DNA from: a virus | Taxonomy: Duplodnaviria; Caudoviricetes | Direction: 5' to 3' (one strand) | IMG/VR virus record: IMGVR_UViG_3300020161_000625 | Coordinates: 1 to 36,606 of that record | DNA length: 36,606 nt | In this document: in pieces, positions 1 to 15,000 of the stretch | How positions within the stretch are numbered: the stretch's first letter is position 1 | Layout of the letters: the number at the start of each line of letters is the position of its first letter | Program-made: the position numbers and the translations under genes | The notes under the pieces: model-generated | Databases searched by the model: none | The model's input: the letters and a program-made list of their open reading frames with translations, nothing else | Told to the model about the DNA's origin: nothing

Positions 1-3000
1 AACGCCGCTAAGTTCCTAAACGTCACGGTGGACCCGATTCTCCAGATGTCCACCGCCGCCCTGAAGCACGGCTACAAGGACGCCGCCTTCTTCGCTGGCC
101 TAGGGTACATGAACGACAGGGAGCGTGGCATGGTTGGAGGTGCCGCCATGGGCATGGTTTGGGGCGGATACAGCGGTGCCGTTCGTCATCTATGGAGCAA
201 CATCAACGGCTTCGTACAGCACGATAGGTTCATCAAGGACTTTGACGAGCGTCTCCTCCCCAAGTTGGAACAAGGCTGGAGCCCAGATTTTGCCGCTTTC
301 GCACGCAAAGTCGTCGCCGACGCAGACCTAGGCAAGTCCAGCAAGACTTCTGCAAATGCTAGGATGGTCCTTCAGCAGATGCACCTCATGCTTGACGCCA
401 AGCAGAAGAAGCAGGTCATCGCAGGCACCCTCCCTGCACCAGAAATGGCAAAGGTCCTCGCCGCCCGTGGCGTCGACAACCCGATGCGTTACCTTGACCC
501 AAGTGCAAAAGGCCAGTTCAGCCTAGTGCGTGACACGAGCGGTAACATCATCCCGCTAATCTGGCTTAACCCGCAAAAGTACAGGCCTGCCGACTTCGGG
601 CACGAAGTCTTGTCCCACATGGCAATCTGGAATCTCCAGACCCGTGGGCAACTTGGCACGCATCTGATTGAGTTCTTTGGGATTAAGGAGAATGAAGGTG
701 CCATTACCGACGAGAAGATGACTGAGGTCGCTCTGCGTATGTCCCTTGAGGAGGCCCTCAACAGGAAGCAGAACATGACCATCGAGGAGGCAAGGCAGGT
801 CGCCAACGAAATCTTCAATGCAGACGCAGATACCGTAGGTAGCCGTAAATACTTTGAAAGAGCGATTAAGGAGTTCAGGTCTGCTACGAATTTCAACCAT
901 TTTCACCAGACTATCGACATTAACGGCGAGCAGGTTCCTGCCATCTACGCCTCGACTAGGGGTGTCAAGGGAGAGCGTCAGTCTCCCATCCAATACATCT
1001 TTGAGGAGTTCATTGGTAAGCATGCTGAAAACATGTTTATCCACACCAACCTTCAGGACCTCGTCCTTTCCGCAGAGGACAAGCCGCTCAGGATGTACTT
1101 TGAACGCAAGTACACCGAGCGTCTTGCGAGGAACCAGACCGAACTAGAACTTGCTGGCGTCATCGCTAAATACGGTGCACCCTTGACCAAGGACGGTAGG
1201 CCTACCATTCAAGCCATGATTTACGACGACGGCGTCTACTACAGACACCCCGCCATGGACAACGTCCTCAAGAACATGCTTGAGGCCGCTAGGTCCGTCA
1301 ACGATGGCCCCATCAGCAACCTTTCTCCCGAGATGCAATTGGCCGTCGCCAAGAAGCACCGCAAGGAGTTCCTTTTCAACATCCGTGGCAATGGTGCTAC
1401 GCTCAAGGGCGAGAAAGAACGCAATGAGATGTCAGCCAACAACGCCAAGGGTGCGTTTGAGGTCATCGACGCCCTGCCAGAAGAACTGAAGCCCAAGATT
1501 ACGGTAGATGAGCACGGCAATAGGTCCGCCGACGTCTACACCATGAAGGACGAGGTCATCGACGCCATGGTGGATGGAGGATTCTTGGACCCAGAGTCTG
1601 GCCGTGTGGCCAAGGTGTTCAGGGATACCTACATGCAGTACGAGTCCAGCGGTTTCGCCACTGGCAACCTCGTGTACGGCATCAACATCGGCGACAGCCA
1701 CCGCACCTCCGTCGGCAACCTGTTTAAGCGTATTTTCGGAGACGATGTGCCAGCCACAAACAGGGTGTTTGTCCCGTTTGAACTTAAGGTCTACCTCAGG
1801 ACTACGGACGGAAACGGCAAGAACCTCAGGGCACCTAGGGGTGGCTTTACGGCCACCGTGATGGACTACACGGCCATTCACCGCAGGCAAATCAAGACGT
1901 GGTCCCGTGCTGACGTAAAAGCCCTCTGGTCTAATATCGGAGAGTTCAACGCAGACTTCCATGAGTATCTGTTGAACTTCCTGAAAGACCCTGCCAACCG
2001 TGTCGACTCTGCCACGTTGTTTAGGCCTAAGTTCGGAGCGGACGCAGAAAAGGTCAGGGACATCATGTATGAGACCTTCGGTGCCAGCAAGAGGAAGGAC
2101 GAGTCGTATTTCAACGCCCCTAGGGAAGGCTATTTCAGCAGTCACGAGAATCCGAACTTCCCGATTCATTCGCTGAAACTGGAGAACCTTATCGGCGTCG
2201 AGCGAATCTCTGCCGCACCGTTCCCCTACCACCATGGCAGGTCCTACGAGCCGCTTAGGCGTAACAAGTCCGTCGCTGGCTTTGAGGAAATCTCGGCCAA
2301 CATGTTCGGCAACGGGCAGGGCTATAGGGTAATCCGTGAACGCAACAGCGAGTCCAGCGGATGGAAGGTGTTCAGCCCATTTGGAGGCCTTGTTGGAAGG
2401 TACAGGGACAAGGACAAGGCGTTCAAGGCGGCTCAGAAGCACCTTCGCAAGGACATGGACCCAGCCGACGTGCTGGCTCTCCCCTCCGACGAAGAGTGGT
2501 CCCAGATGAACAGGCCAGAAAGGCTGAAGAGGATTCAGGAAGACAAGTTAAACTATCAGCAGTCCAAGATTCTCAAGGCAAGGGGGAGCCTGTCCGTGGA
2601 TGGCGTGAGGGAAGGCGGCATCGGCATTACCCTTCAACGTAACGAAGCCTCCGATTTCGTGAGGAAGATTTCCGACCCTAGGATGATTGGCAGGGGAATG
2701 AGCCTTCTTGATTTTTACCCTGAAAGCGAAAAGCAAAAGTTCAGGCAATACGCCATCAGCAACGGACTGCCTGAGAGATTCTTTGAAAGCATCCGAATCA
2801 GGCAAGACGACATGCCGTCCGACAAGAGGAAGGTGGACTTTGCCTTGCTTGGCTCGCCAATGGAAATCACTGAGCACAAGTCCGACTCACTCCCCACCAT
2901 CACTTTTGACAAGGCGTTCTTTGACGTCCTGTCGCAGGAAAAGGCCAATGAGGTGTTCACTGGCCTTATGGAGTCTCACCTGTCCAAGGTTGCACGCTCC

Positions 3001-6000
3001 TATCATGACGGAAACCTTTTAACCTCGTCGGTAGTCAAGAGGGTGGACAGTCTCTCCATCCAGAACAGGCCGATTCAGCAGTCTATCGCAGAGGGGTGGA
3101 AGTTGCTTTCTGACGCAAGGCTTGAGGGTAAGGAACTCCCGAAGGAATACAAAGCGGCATACGACGAAGTCGTCGCCAGACACGAGTGGTGCGAGGACGC
3201 AAAACAGCCTAGGTGGGAGCAAATTAGGAATTCTTCCAGCAACACCGAAATCAAGAAACTTTTTGATGAAGCATTGCTTGAGGGCAACAGTTCCGTCAGG
3301 CAAGCAGCCGTCAACAAACTGGACAATGTGTTTGGCGGAATTTGGAACAAGGCTGAGCACAAGGCCGTAATCGAATCACTCAGGCAACTTAACTTGGTCG
3401 ATAAGGAAGGCGTAGCCGTGCCCGTTGTGAACGCAGGAGGCCTCACCGTATTCATGTCTCCGAACATGGATTACTCTAGGAATGCTAGGGTTTTCAGGAA
3501 ATTCTTAGAGTCGCTTCCCGAATCCAAGAGGGCTGATTTCCTTTGGGTGGCCAAGGAGGCATTCAATCACACCCTCCATCAGCAATACAGCGACGTCCAG
3601 TACTCAGCCTTGGGAATCGACTCCTCTGGAATGCTGGATGTTGGAGCAAATCCGAACGTGCGGACTGGCGGAAGGCAGGTCATGCCAGAGATTGAGCCGC
3701 TTGCTGGAGCGGCCAGAAGGTCTAACTTTGTCTCTGTCAGGTACGAAGGCGACGCAAGTCAGTTGGTGACTGGAGTCGGTATTGTTTACAAGGTTTACAA
3801 TCTCAAGAGGGATTCAGTCAAGGGAGGCACAGAAGTCCCTACTGGAACCTTGCAAAACAATGCCAAGGCGTTGGCCCCGTTGCCCCCGTTCTCAGCACTG
3901 CCCAATACCATCGTCGACTATCTGACTGGTGCTAGGTTCGATAAATCCGAACTCCCAAACGTCGCCAGAGACCTTTCTTACATGCTGGTCTCTTCCGTCA
4001 AGGAGAGCGACCAGAACGTCGTAAAGGTATGGTCCCAATTCGCAAAAGACAATAGCCCGATGACCCTCGCACGGGGGCTATTCGACATTGCCTTGGATTC
4101 TGGCAATCAGGCTAGTTTTGAAATGGCCGTGTCGTTCAGGAAGTTGGCAATGGCCGCAGACGAAAACATGGCAAGGTCTAGGTTTGCTTCTAGGGGTTAT
4201 GATGCGAACCACCCCATGTATCAAGCCGAGTTACAGGCCGCACCCATGCGTTATTGGCATGAGGCTGTCGCAGACCACAATACGGATGCGGCCTCCCTTT
4301 GGGATGTCGGCGGAGAGAAGACTCTCATCGAGTTGCATTACGAATATGGCACCTCGTCCGAGTTCCACAGGCTGTTCGGTTACAATGCCGAAGCCCTGAC
4401 GAAACGTGTCGGAGCAAGCAGGGCTCGCCAGAAGAAGTTCCACGCCGCCGCAGAACAGACCTACAAGAGGAGTTTCTCCATGGGTGGCGTTGATGACCTC
4501 AGTCCCAGCAGGCGTGAAGAGGTCATTCGTTCTGGTTTGGCCAAGGAGATTAAGTTCGGCGGAAAGAACCTGCTCGTCTTTGAGTTCTCCGACGCAGACG
4601 CTTACCTCGACCTGTCTTCCGTACAGAACAAGCCCCACTTGTTGCCTTTCGCTGGCATGCCCGACGCAGAGCAGGCCTTCTCTGATTACGCATTCGAGGT
4701 GAAGCGTAGAGCGGCTGACCCGAAGTCCGAAAAGTACATCCCCTTCCACAAGCAAATCGGGAAAGACACCACCCTAGGAAAGGTCTTCGGCCACGAGACC
4801 ATGTACTACTACTACCCCGAAATGCGGGATGTCAGGGTACGATGGGTCGATGGTCATGGTGGCTACGCCTCTACCCTGCCCGACGGCGAACACATTATCG
4901 AACTTGGCATCAGGTCTTTCGCCAACTCGGAACTGAACATGAAGAACGACCCAGAAGGTCTTATCTTCAGCGACCCTCAGTCCGCCACCGCCAAGCATAT
5001 CGCCCAGAACCCGCTTGCGTCCATCATCCTGCATGAGGCACAGCACGTGCTCCAGTACAGGGCCAACATGGACAGCGAACATGGCCATTTTAACCAACTG
5101 AACAGGGAGATTACCATTGGTCACTTTGCCAACCTTCTTGGCCTGAGGACTAACTTCGCCGACGGCGAGGCCATTGGCAAGGCCATGAAGTTCAACTCCA
5201 TCTGGTCTGACGCAGACATCACCGCTACCAAGGACATCAACACTCTGGCCAGCAGGATTGCACTGGCCAAGGAATCCCCCGTCTTCAGGGAACTTAGCGG
5301 AAACGCAAGGCCCCTGCTTAAGACAGCCGTCCGCAACCTATCGGCTTTCGTGGCCGCTGAGGTTGATGCTGGCAGGATGGACGAATCCCTCTCTCGCAGG
5401 ATGCTTGCCCTAGATAGGGCTCAGGACGGCGTGCAGAATGTCCATGACGCTCTTTCCACGTACACGGAAATGATGGCGGTAAGGGAGGAACTCAGGAGCA
5501 AGTACCCGAGTTATTCCGCAAACATGCACTTCGACGTGGACTTCAGGGCGGCTACCTCTGCCCTTGGCCTCGTCAGGAGCGTGGTGGCCATCGAAAAAGC
5601 CACGCCTCAACAGCGTAAGTTGCTTATTAGGCAGGCGTTTGATGAGTTCATTGACTTGGATTACATCATGGCCCCCTCCGAAAGAATGGCCCGTGAGACC
5701 GAGAACAGGCGAATGCTCAGTCAGGAGGAACTCGCAAAGACTCCTAGGACCTATACCACGGACGCCCTGCCTCAGGGTTCTGTCCTTGGCATCATTCAAA
5801 GGGCCATGGATTCGTCCACGGTGGAAACGACAAAAGGCCTGATGGAAAAACAGACCGCCTCCCTTGACGCATTTGAAAAGGACGGGTATGTGAGCCCCAT
5901 TAAGACGGTCATGATGTCCATCGGCGGCATCGAAGGCAATGCCACCGCAGACAACACTGCGTTCACGTTGCTCGGCAAGATGTCGCTGGCTAGGTTCTTC

Positions 6001-9000
6001 CTTTCAAAGGCCAGCACCGAATACACCAACATCAGGAGGTTCTTCGTCCAGCAGAAGGGCTGGGAGGTAGTCGACGGCAAGATGACGCTGGTCACTGGCA
6101 ACTACGTGGTCTCTGGAGATTTTGATTCAGCAGTCAGGTCATTGGCCAAGAAGTTCAGGCCCGATTCCGTGGAAGAAGGTGAGCGTACCGCCTACGCTCT
6201 TGGCGGCATTGCCAAGGAAAGCGGAACCTACACCATTGCAGACATTGCTGAAATCGCAGGAATCAAGATTGAGTCTGAAGACATCCTGAGCCTCGGCAAT
6301 TCCGTCATGGATAAGGTCGCCAGCGATGAATTTCCGCCCGTATTCACGGTCAAGGAAATCAAGGGGTTGCTTGGTGACTACAATCAGGAATCGGCGTCCG
6401 TCGTCCTGCTTGACTACGTCGTCGAGAGGATGAACCCAGACAGGGTGCTCACGAAGAACGACCTGCTTAACATCATGGCGTTCAACCATTCCGACATGGA
6501 GATGCTTTACAACGTGTCCGAGATGAACATCGGCACAAACAGGGCAAAACAAGTCACTGGAAGGCCAGTCACGAAGGAGATGAAGATGAGGGTTCTCAAA
6601 CTTTACCCTCAGCAAGTCAGGAGCAAGATTGTCAGGATTCTTGAAGCGTCTCACGATGGCAACCACGGCAGGCCGTTCTATGGCCGTGGCAAAGACTACA
6701 AGTACGGAAGGTTTAAGGTACATGGAGGACAAATCACTTTCGAGGCACCTCATTTCAATGATGCGTTGTCGGCTGGAATTCCGCCTGCGGACGTAGCCGC
6801 ATTCAGGGAGAGGCTGGCTAAGGGAGTAAGCCAGAGAATCGTCCAGCACAGCGTCAACATGACGAAGAACGAGGCTTATGAAATCGCCGCAAAGATGAAC
6901 GACAGGATGGTCAGGCTTTCCATCCTGATGGAGCCTGTCATGGAAAAGGCCTATGAGTTCGTAGTCCAGCAGAACAACAGCAGTCCAGAAAGGGCCAGAA
7001 TTCTGTGGATGTCCATGATGGAGGACGTCGAAATCGCCGCCCTTAGGATTGCCTTCTCCGACCAGTACTCTGGACAGAAAGCAAACACCATGGACATCTA
7101 CGCTAGGGTTGGCGGGATGGAAGGCACGGTCAACGCCACCGAGCAGGCCGCACGTGGCCTCCAGAGAGTCTTCGGCGAAACCTCGCCAGCGGCTAAACTT
7201 AGGGAATCTGGCGGCATGAACCAAAGGGGTCGAAGCACGACCCACCCAGTCAGCGGACTCATGCCGTCACTGCATATGCTACATGGCAACTTCTTGTTTG
7301 GTAGCGTTCCAGCGGAAGGATTTGCAAGAGTGGAGTCAGGCGTAACCGTAGCCCCCGCTCAAGCCATGCACCTCAAGGAGAGGAAGTATCTTGGCATCGT
7401 CTCCGAGGCCAACATGTCCAATCAAGACACTGGCGGTGGCCTTACTGACTACCTCACTGGAGCCCAGCACGCCCTGACCGAGCAGTTCAAATACGTCCAT
7501 GGCAACTGGAGCGACGGCGACATGGGTGGCGTCATGGGCAGAATGCGTGGCTACGTCGAGGCTGTCTCCAAGAGGGCCGAAAACACGGCGGACATGAAAG
7601 AAAGGCTTTTGAGGGTCCAGACTGGCCTCAGGATGAATGAAAGCAGACAAAACCTCATTGCGGGAGAATGGCAGGGCGAGCAAATTTTCAAGAGAGTGGA
7701 CGCCCTGATGGCGGATGGCATGTCCCAAGACCAAGCGTTTGCCAGCCTTCTGAACGAACTCGACAGGAGAATCGAGATGGCGAAAGCCGACGAAGCGGAC
7801 CTCGCCGACATCTTGACGATGCAGTTGGACTCAGTGTCCTTATTTGCGGCCAACCATGGTGCGGTGATAGCGGACAAGAACGGCATGCCTAGGCACCGTG
7901 GCGGAGACGAAGCCCCGATTGAGGTAATGACCCCTCATAGGTTCGTCATGAACTCTTCAGTTCAGGCGGCTGGAACCTCAGCAATCCAAATCAGGGACAA
8001 GACCTTCGTAGATGTCGACCTGTCCCTTGCCGAGCCAGACCAGCCTACCTCCGTCGTCGTTCCTGCGATTGGCGTCGAGCAAGGCATGCCGTCCGCCGTG
8101 CAGAAGCAGATGAACATGACGGCACACGCCATCGAGGGCGTGATTACTGGACTTATCGGCTCCGCCGTGAAGCGGGACGAGCAAATGGTCCTGTCTCCGC
8201 TCAGGCAAAACCCCTTGATGCTTGGTTATCTTGAAAGGCTGAATCCAGAAAATCAGGTAGCCCAAGGTGATGGAGCCGAAATGACCACTAACGCTTACTC
8301 CGTTATCGGCGGTCAGATGTACGCAAGCCACAACACGTTCGTGTCATACCATGACATGATGACGGCTGGAAGCCGTGACCTGCTCAGGTTCGCCACGGAT
8401 AACCTTCGTGACCAAATCAACACGGACTACCAGACGGGTGGCATCTTCGGCAGTCCTGCAATGACCCGAAACGCCTTCCTAAGCGGTAATAGGCTGAATC
8501 ACGGCGTCCTTGGCCTGATGATTGCTCCTTACCTGCTGGCACATGATTCGCTCGGCTTCCCAGTCACCTCGGGCGAAAACATCTTGCACAGGTCTCGTGG
8601 CATCAGGACCGAAAAGTTCCTTGAATTGGTCGAGATGGCCAAGGAGGCCGACATGCGTGACCAGACCAAAGCCGCCGCCTTCAACTCAAAACTCACCGAG
8701 TGGATTGGCGGAATGGATGCTGGTTACCTACAGCGTCTTCTCTATGAGTGCTCTAGTGCCTCCGTAATCGACGGCGTCGTCCTCAGGATGAACATGCTCC
8801 AGATGCACGTCTTGGCCTCGGAGCACCCGACTAGGGCTGACAGGCTGAACAAGGCCAATGAAATGGGTGCCATCCATGGATTTGACGACTTTTTTGGCGA
8901 CAGTGGGTTGTACACAAGCGACGGGCTCAAGGGCAAGCACCCTGAAGTCAATCGCTACATGCACGCCAGAATCAAGGAGTCGTCCCTGAACCCCGACATG

Positions 9001-12000
9001 TGGCGGGGCGTGTTCTTCGGCCTAGCCGCCGCAAAGGAAATCGAGACCCGCAGGCCCAGCCTTCACCCCTATGTGGGGCACGGCAAGGTCAGGAACAGGT
9101 CAAAGGTGTACATGCAGGGCGAAGAGACGCTGGTTTATGGAAGGCCGATGCCTTCCCATAGGAGAAGCACTTCCGACGGCCTCGACGTGGATTCATTCCC
9201 TGTCGATAGGTACGACTCTGAGTCTGGCTTCGGCGGTGCGTATGGCACGACGAACAAGCGTAAGAGCATCGCCCAGACCGACATATTCGGCCTTGTGGCA
9301 GGCAATGAAAGCACGAGAACTCACCTACAGAGTGAGACCCCCGTCAGCCTGTTCGATGCCATCGGACACCATGTAGACTCCGTCCGTCAGGCGATGCCGA
9401 TAGACGTAGAAGGAACCTCGTCTGGAGTTAAGGACGCTTGGTATACGACAGACGTCAGCGGTAGTGTCATAACCCCCTTCACGGTAGGGACGGGCGACAG
9501 GACGTCCAATGTCACGGTGCAGACCCGCAAGCACCCGATTGGCGTCGTATCTAGGCGTAAATTACTTGTGAACAGGCTTGCCGCCGCCGCAGAGCAACTT
9601 GGCTCTGCCGAGGTTTCCGTACAGCCAGCCCGATTCACCTCCTCGAAGCGTGTTCAAGCCACGTTCAAGGGAATTTCCACCAAGGACAGGAGGGCCGAGA
9701 TGTTCTACGAGCAGGACAATGTGGCCATCGCCTTCAGCGGACAGTCCTTTGTTTCCGCAAGGTATTCGGAGAGGGACAGGCCCAGCCTTGGGTTTGCATG
9801 GAAGCGTCTCGAAGACGGACGCATCATGCTGAACATCTCGCCAGATACCAACATTGGCGGCTATCTGGACCTCACGAACGGCACCGAGTACAACACCCCG
9901 CTAGGGTTTTCGCATAGGCGTACGCTGGGATGGGACGTCGAATCTGGCATCCTGACCCCCATGTCTCCTCTGGCGATAATCAGGAGGTTCGCCTCGATTA
10001 GGGACAACAACCCTGTCGCAAGCCGTGCGGCCTCGCACATGGATTTCATCGACCCAATGGTAAGGGCTCAGTACGAGGCCAGTGCCAAGGCTACCGCACA
10101 GCGTGTCTATGGAGGCTCTAACATCAAGAGCATGTCGAAGCAGTTACTCTCCAAATACGGCGGCAAGGGAGATGCTATTTATGACGCTTACCAGAGAATC
10201 ATGAGCGGCGACAGGGTCATGGACTTTGACGACTTCACCAATGAAGACGCCAAGATTGCTAGGGTTCTTGCCATGGCAGAATTCTCCTCCATGGCCAGCC
10301 CTGAGGACGGATATGTCTCTGTCATACTCCCCGCTAACGCCACAATGGCGGACATTCAGCATGCGTTCTTCACTCAGGTAGCACACAACGGTCTCCTTCT
10401 TACCAGCGAACGATATGGCCAGAACCAGAAGAACGGAACGTTCAGAAGGGGCGGCTCTGGCTTGCCAGCGGACGGAAGCCCGCACCTGAACGGTTTTGCC
10501 ACCACGAGCGAGATTGCGTCAGTCAAGTCGGCTATCGACAACTATCTCGCCATCAGAATCGACAATAGGGCCGCAACGAAGGCACGGCCTTCCGATTTCG
10601 GCTATGCGGATACTGGTGCACAGAAGGGCACTTCGACGACCACACAGAGCATCCAGATTTCAGCCCAAAGGTATGGCCTTCTCATGCCGTCAGTGTTTGC
10701 AGACTTGGGTAAGTTGCATGAACGACTGACGTCTTCGGAGGGCGGATACTTTATGCCCGACGTCGAAAGGTCCATTGCACTCAACGGAGACAGGTCCGCA
10801 GTCATCGACCTTATCATGCCCAACTCCCCGCACCTGCAAAGGTATGCTTGGGACGCACAGGGCAAGGCCAACGTCTCTATCATCAGGAAAAGCGACAAGA
10901 GTGGATACCTCGTCGGCCACGACGTCGTCAGCGGCGTCGACAAGGCAGGCAACCCGATTAAGACCCGAAAGGTCTCCTCGTTCAGGACCGAAAGCGAAGC
11001 AAAAGCCCACGCAGACAGGGTTTCTCAGGGAGGAATCGAAGCGGAAATTCCTTCAATCTTGTTCAGGGAGGGCCAATTCAGGCTGGAAGACATCGACCCT
11101 TCCCTTGCCCACAGCCGCACAAGCGGCAAGGCTGACGTCAACGCAGGCCTCAAGTTCAACCCAGAGTTCGTCTCTGACGTTGCGGAGACTTACGACGGCA
11201 ATGAGAAGAACATCTTCACAGCCGATGGCACCTACTTCGTGGGCAACGTCGACAAGACGTTTGCAAGCCGTGCTGAGGCTAAGGCCGCTCAGGAAATGCT
11301 CCTTAGGACTGAAGCCATCACTGGCAAGGCACCGTCTAGGGACAGGATTAACCTGTCGGTGGGCGATGTCGGCGTGTATGAGCATGACATCCGCCGTGGA
11401 TTGCAGTTCGCAGTCGGAGGTTCTTACATCCAGTTCGCCCCCAAGGCACTGAGCATCCTCAGGACGGCCATGGTTCCGATGATGGAGCGTAACAAATCTG
11501 GTGCACTCAAGAAGGTCAAGAAAGCGGTCGACATTGCGACTGGCAACGAATGGTACGAGATGTTCATGGAGAATCAGGTGTCCAAGGCCGAGATGCGTGT
11601 CTTGGGTCTGGCCGAGTTCCTCTACGACCACAAGGAGCACAAGATTACCAAGCAGGAAGTCGCCAAGTTCATCTGGGCCATGTACCCGACCACTGGACGC
11701 CTCAATCACGAAAAACTACAGACGCCCTATGTGGGCAATGTGACCTCCCCTACCGTCGCCATCAGGTCCGCCGCACACAGGCTTCTGGCCGAACGCAACA
11801 GGCACTTGAAGACTATTGAGGCCGCAATCGAATCTGCACCAGAGGACCAGAAGGGCGAGATGGTCGCCTATCTGGCCAACATCCGCAAGATGCACGATGA
11901 TGCTCTCAAGTCTGCACTCGAGCAATTCTACGAAAAGGACAGGGCTGAGGCGATTGGTTCGAGGCCTGACCTTCTTGAAAACGCATCCGACATCAGCAGG

Positions 12001-15000
12001 GATGCCCTGCCAAAGCGTCAAACCGTAGACATGATGCTTAACGATTTTAGGAACTTCGACGCCATCACTGAGCCAGTCATGGCAACGTACAGGCACCTGT
12101 TCAATGACGCCTTTGCTAGGGCTAGGCTGGAGGCATCCGCCCGTCTCTCAGGATTCGACCTAGCCATCGCCGATTTTAGGACCTCGGACACCACATTGAA
12201 CGAGATTTCAAACTGGGGTCTGGCGATGAACACGTCTTATCATGGCTCTAGGATTGAGCCTCCGCCCATGAGACAGGTCACTGGCAAGGGCGTTCAGAAC
12301 CAAGTGACGCAGGCCGACGCATCTGCGTACGGACTTCAGCACGTCGACTCCGTCCCTGATTATGTCGGATACACCAGCGGCATCGGCTCCTACCGATGGG
12401 ATACCTTGTATACGGACTTGGAAATCCAAAAGGGCGAAAACTACGTCCGTAGCCTCAAGGATATGGCCAACCTCGAGTCCGACCCAGCCAAGAAAGAGGC
12501 CCTGTTGCGACAGCACAAGTCTGCTGAGCGTATCATGTCGGTCAGGAAATCTGCGAAGTCGGCCACAAGGAACAGCGGCCATAAGAACACCCCGACTGGC
12601 ACCATGCAACTTGGCCATGCACGCCACAGCGACGTCATCGTGACGGCGTATCATCGTGCCAACGCACCCATCGCAGAGGTCGCAAGTTCGCTGAAACTCA
12701 GCCGTGATACCATCGCAGTGCTTGGCATCGAGGAACTTCAGTCGGACCCATACCAAGGCTCCACCTTCGGCCCTAAGCAAAACGCCATGCTCGGCTCCAC
12801 ATTCGAGCAAGTCGAAGCCACGTCCCTAGTAAGTGAGTTCAGGCTGGTGGAACAGAAAATCGCCGACAAGGAGAACGCTAAGGCCAACATCTCCGCACCG
12901 CTTGCGTACCTCACCCACAGCACCAAGCAAAAACACAGAGACGCACTGTATAACTTCATCGCAAGGTACGAATGGGACAACGGAACTCCGCTGTTCAGGT
13001 ATCTGATTGCAAAAGATTACCTTAGCCAAAACAACGATACCTCGGTCACTTTCGACCACGGGGTTCGCCACAAGATAAGCAAGGAAGTTCAGGAACAGTA
13101 CGGCATAAAGGAAGATTACGTGCCAGAAGTCGTGTTCGACTTAAACTATGACGGAGGCGTGCACATGATTCTGTTTGAGAAGATTCATGAGGACTCGCAG
13201 GGCAACATGTCTCCGATAGAGTCAGACCTGTATTCCCTGCTCTACGGATACGGCAACAACGAGCACGCTGGACTTGTCGGAACCTCTACGAGAGCGATGT
13301 TCAGGTATTCAAGCAACACTAACCCGCATGGGTTGGCCACGCTTGTTGCAACTGTCGGCCTGCAATTCAACAAGGAGTTCATGTCTAAAATAGACGAACT
13401 CGGCCAGTACTATGAGTTGGACATGGATAGCGTTGAGAGGCCTCCCGTAGACTACGACAAGGTGGCGATGGAAAGCCTGCTAGACTTTAGGCGTAGGGTC
13501 GAGAAGGCCACTCCCGATTCACTGCCTAGCGGTCACCCAATGCGTGCAAATCATATGCTTTTCAAGCAGTGGAAGTCCACAACCCTGAGAGCCGTCAGAT
13601 ACCTTGAACTCGCTTACTACGAAGAAGGCTCCCAAATCGTTGACTTCAAGAACAAGCGTACCTCGCCGCATGTGAACAGGGGTGAATACCACACCGCCGA
13701 TACGCCTGAACTCATGGGAAGCAAGATGCCCGTCATCCTTTCTGTTGCCCGAATCAATGAATACGTTTCTTCGGCAGCATCCTACAGTAAGGAAAAGGTT
13801 ACCATCGCCCAAGCCGCTCAGAACGCCAAGAAGATACTCGACAGAATCAATGCGGGGGTGGGGCATAGATTCCTTGAACTCAGGCCTGTGCATCAGGTTG
13901 CCTTCGACCTCAGGTTGCGTGCCCAGATTCTAGGCATGGAGCCGTCTGCTTTCGTCGACCACTTGGACAGGACGAATTACCCAGACAGCGACTGGCCTAC
14001 TGGCTCGGTGACCAAGGAAAGGGCTGAAATCATGCGACTGACGTTGACCGAACCAGACAAAGTCACCGCCGAACAATTAGAACAACTTGACGAATCAGGC
14101 CACAAGTTGCTCAGGGTCACCGACGTCGACTTGGATTCGACCAGCGGATACGCATTGTCGAGGTCTAGGGTCTCCCAGCCTTCGCATGCTAGGACTATGC
14201 TTGGACGCATCTTCGAGAACAACGCCCCAGCCATCATCAATACGTACCTTGGCCACACGCCAGACCCTGAACTGGACGGGCTGAAAGCAAGGTACAACGA
14301 ACTCAAGGCCAAGTTGGGCGACTCTATCGCAGGTGAGTTTGATTACCCAGACACTATCCCGCTAGGCGAAGACAATGCCTACCGTGGCGTCATGACCAAT
14401 TGGTACGCCATGAGGGCACTCCAGTCCAGAAAGGACGCACTTGTCGTCATGGACGCACGTCACCACAGGGCACGCTACTCGTCTAACAGCAACTTCGTCA
14501 CCCTGTATAACCTCGGCGGCGGCATACTCGCACCTATTCATACTGGTAGCATGAAGAAGCGTCAGATACTCGCTGTCGGGTATATGCTTCATGAAGCCAA
14601 GAAGCAAAAGACACACGGCGGCTTTATCGAGGCCCTGCATGCTGGTCAGTTCCCTGATGCCTTCTTGTCTGGTCAGGCATCTATGGAATGGAACGGCGTG
14701 AACAACAACTTCAAGACTCACATGAGGCTTGCGGCCAATGAAATCGTGGCCCAGATGCCCGAACTCACTAGGGACTCGAACACCATGCTTATCAACGCCG
14801 TGGATACCTTGATGGACTTGGTGCTCCTCGGCGACAACAGGTTTGGAAACGACGAAATCAACAACTTGAACAAACTCATCGCCTCTGTCCGCTCTGGCAG
14901 GATGACAAAGGAAAGGGCCATCCAAGCAATCGAAGGCATGACCGACGGCAAGGACATCGCCAAGCGTGTCTTCACGCACTTTGAGAAGCCTCAGGGCGTC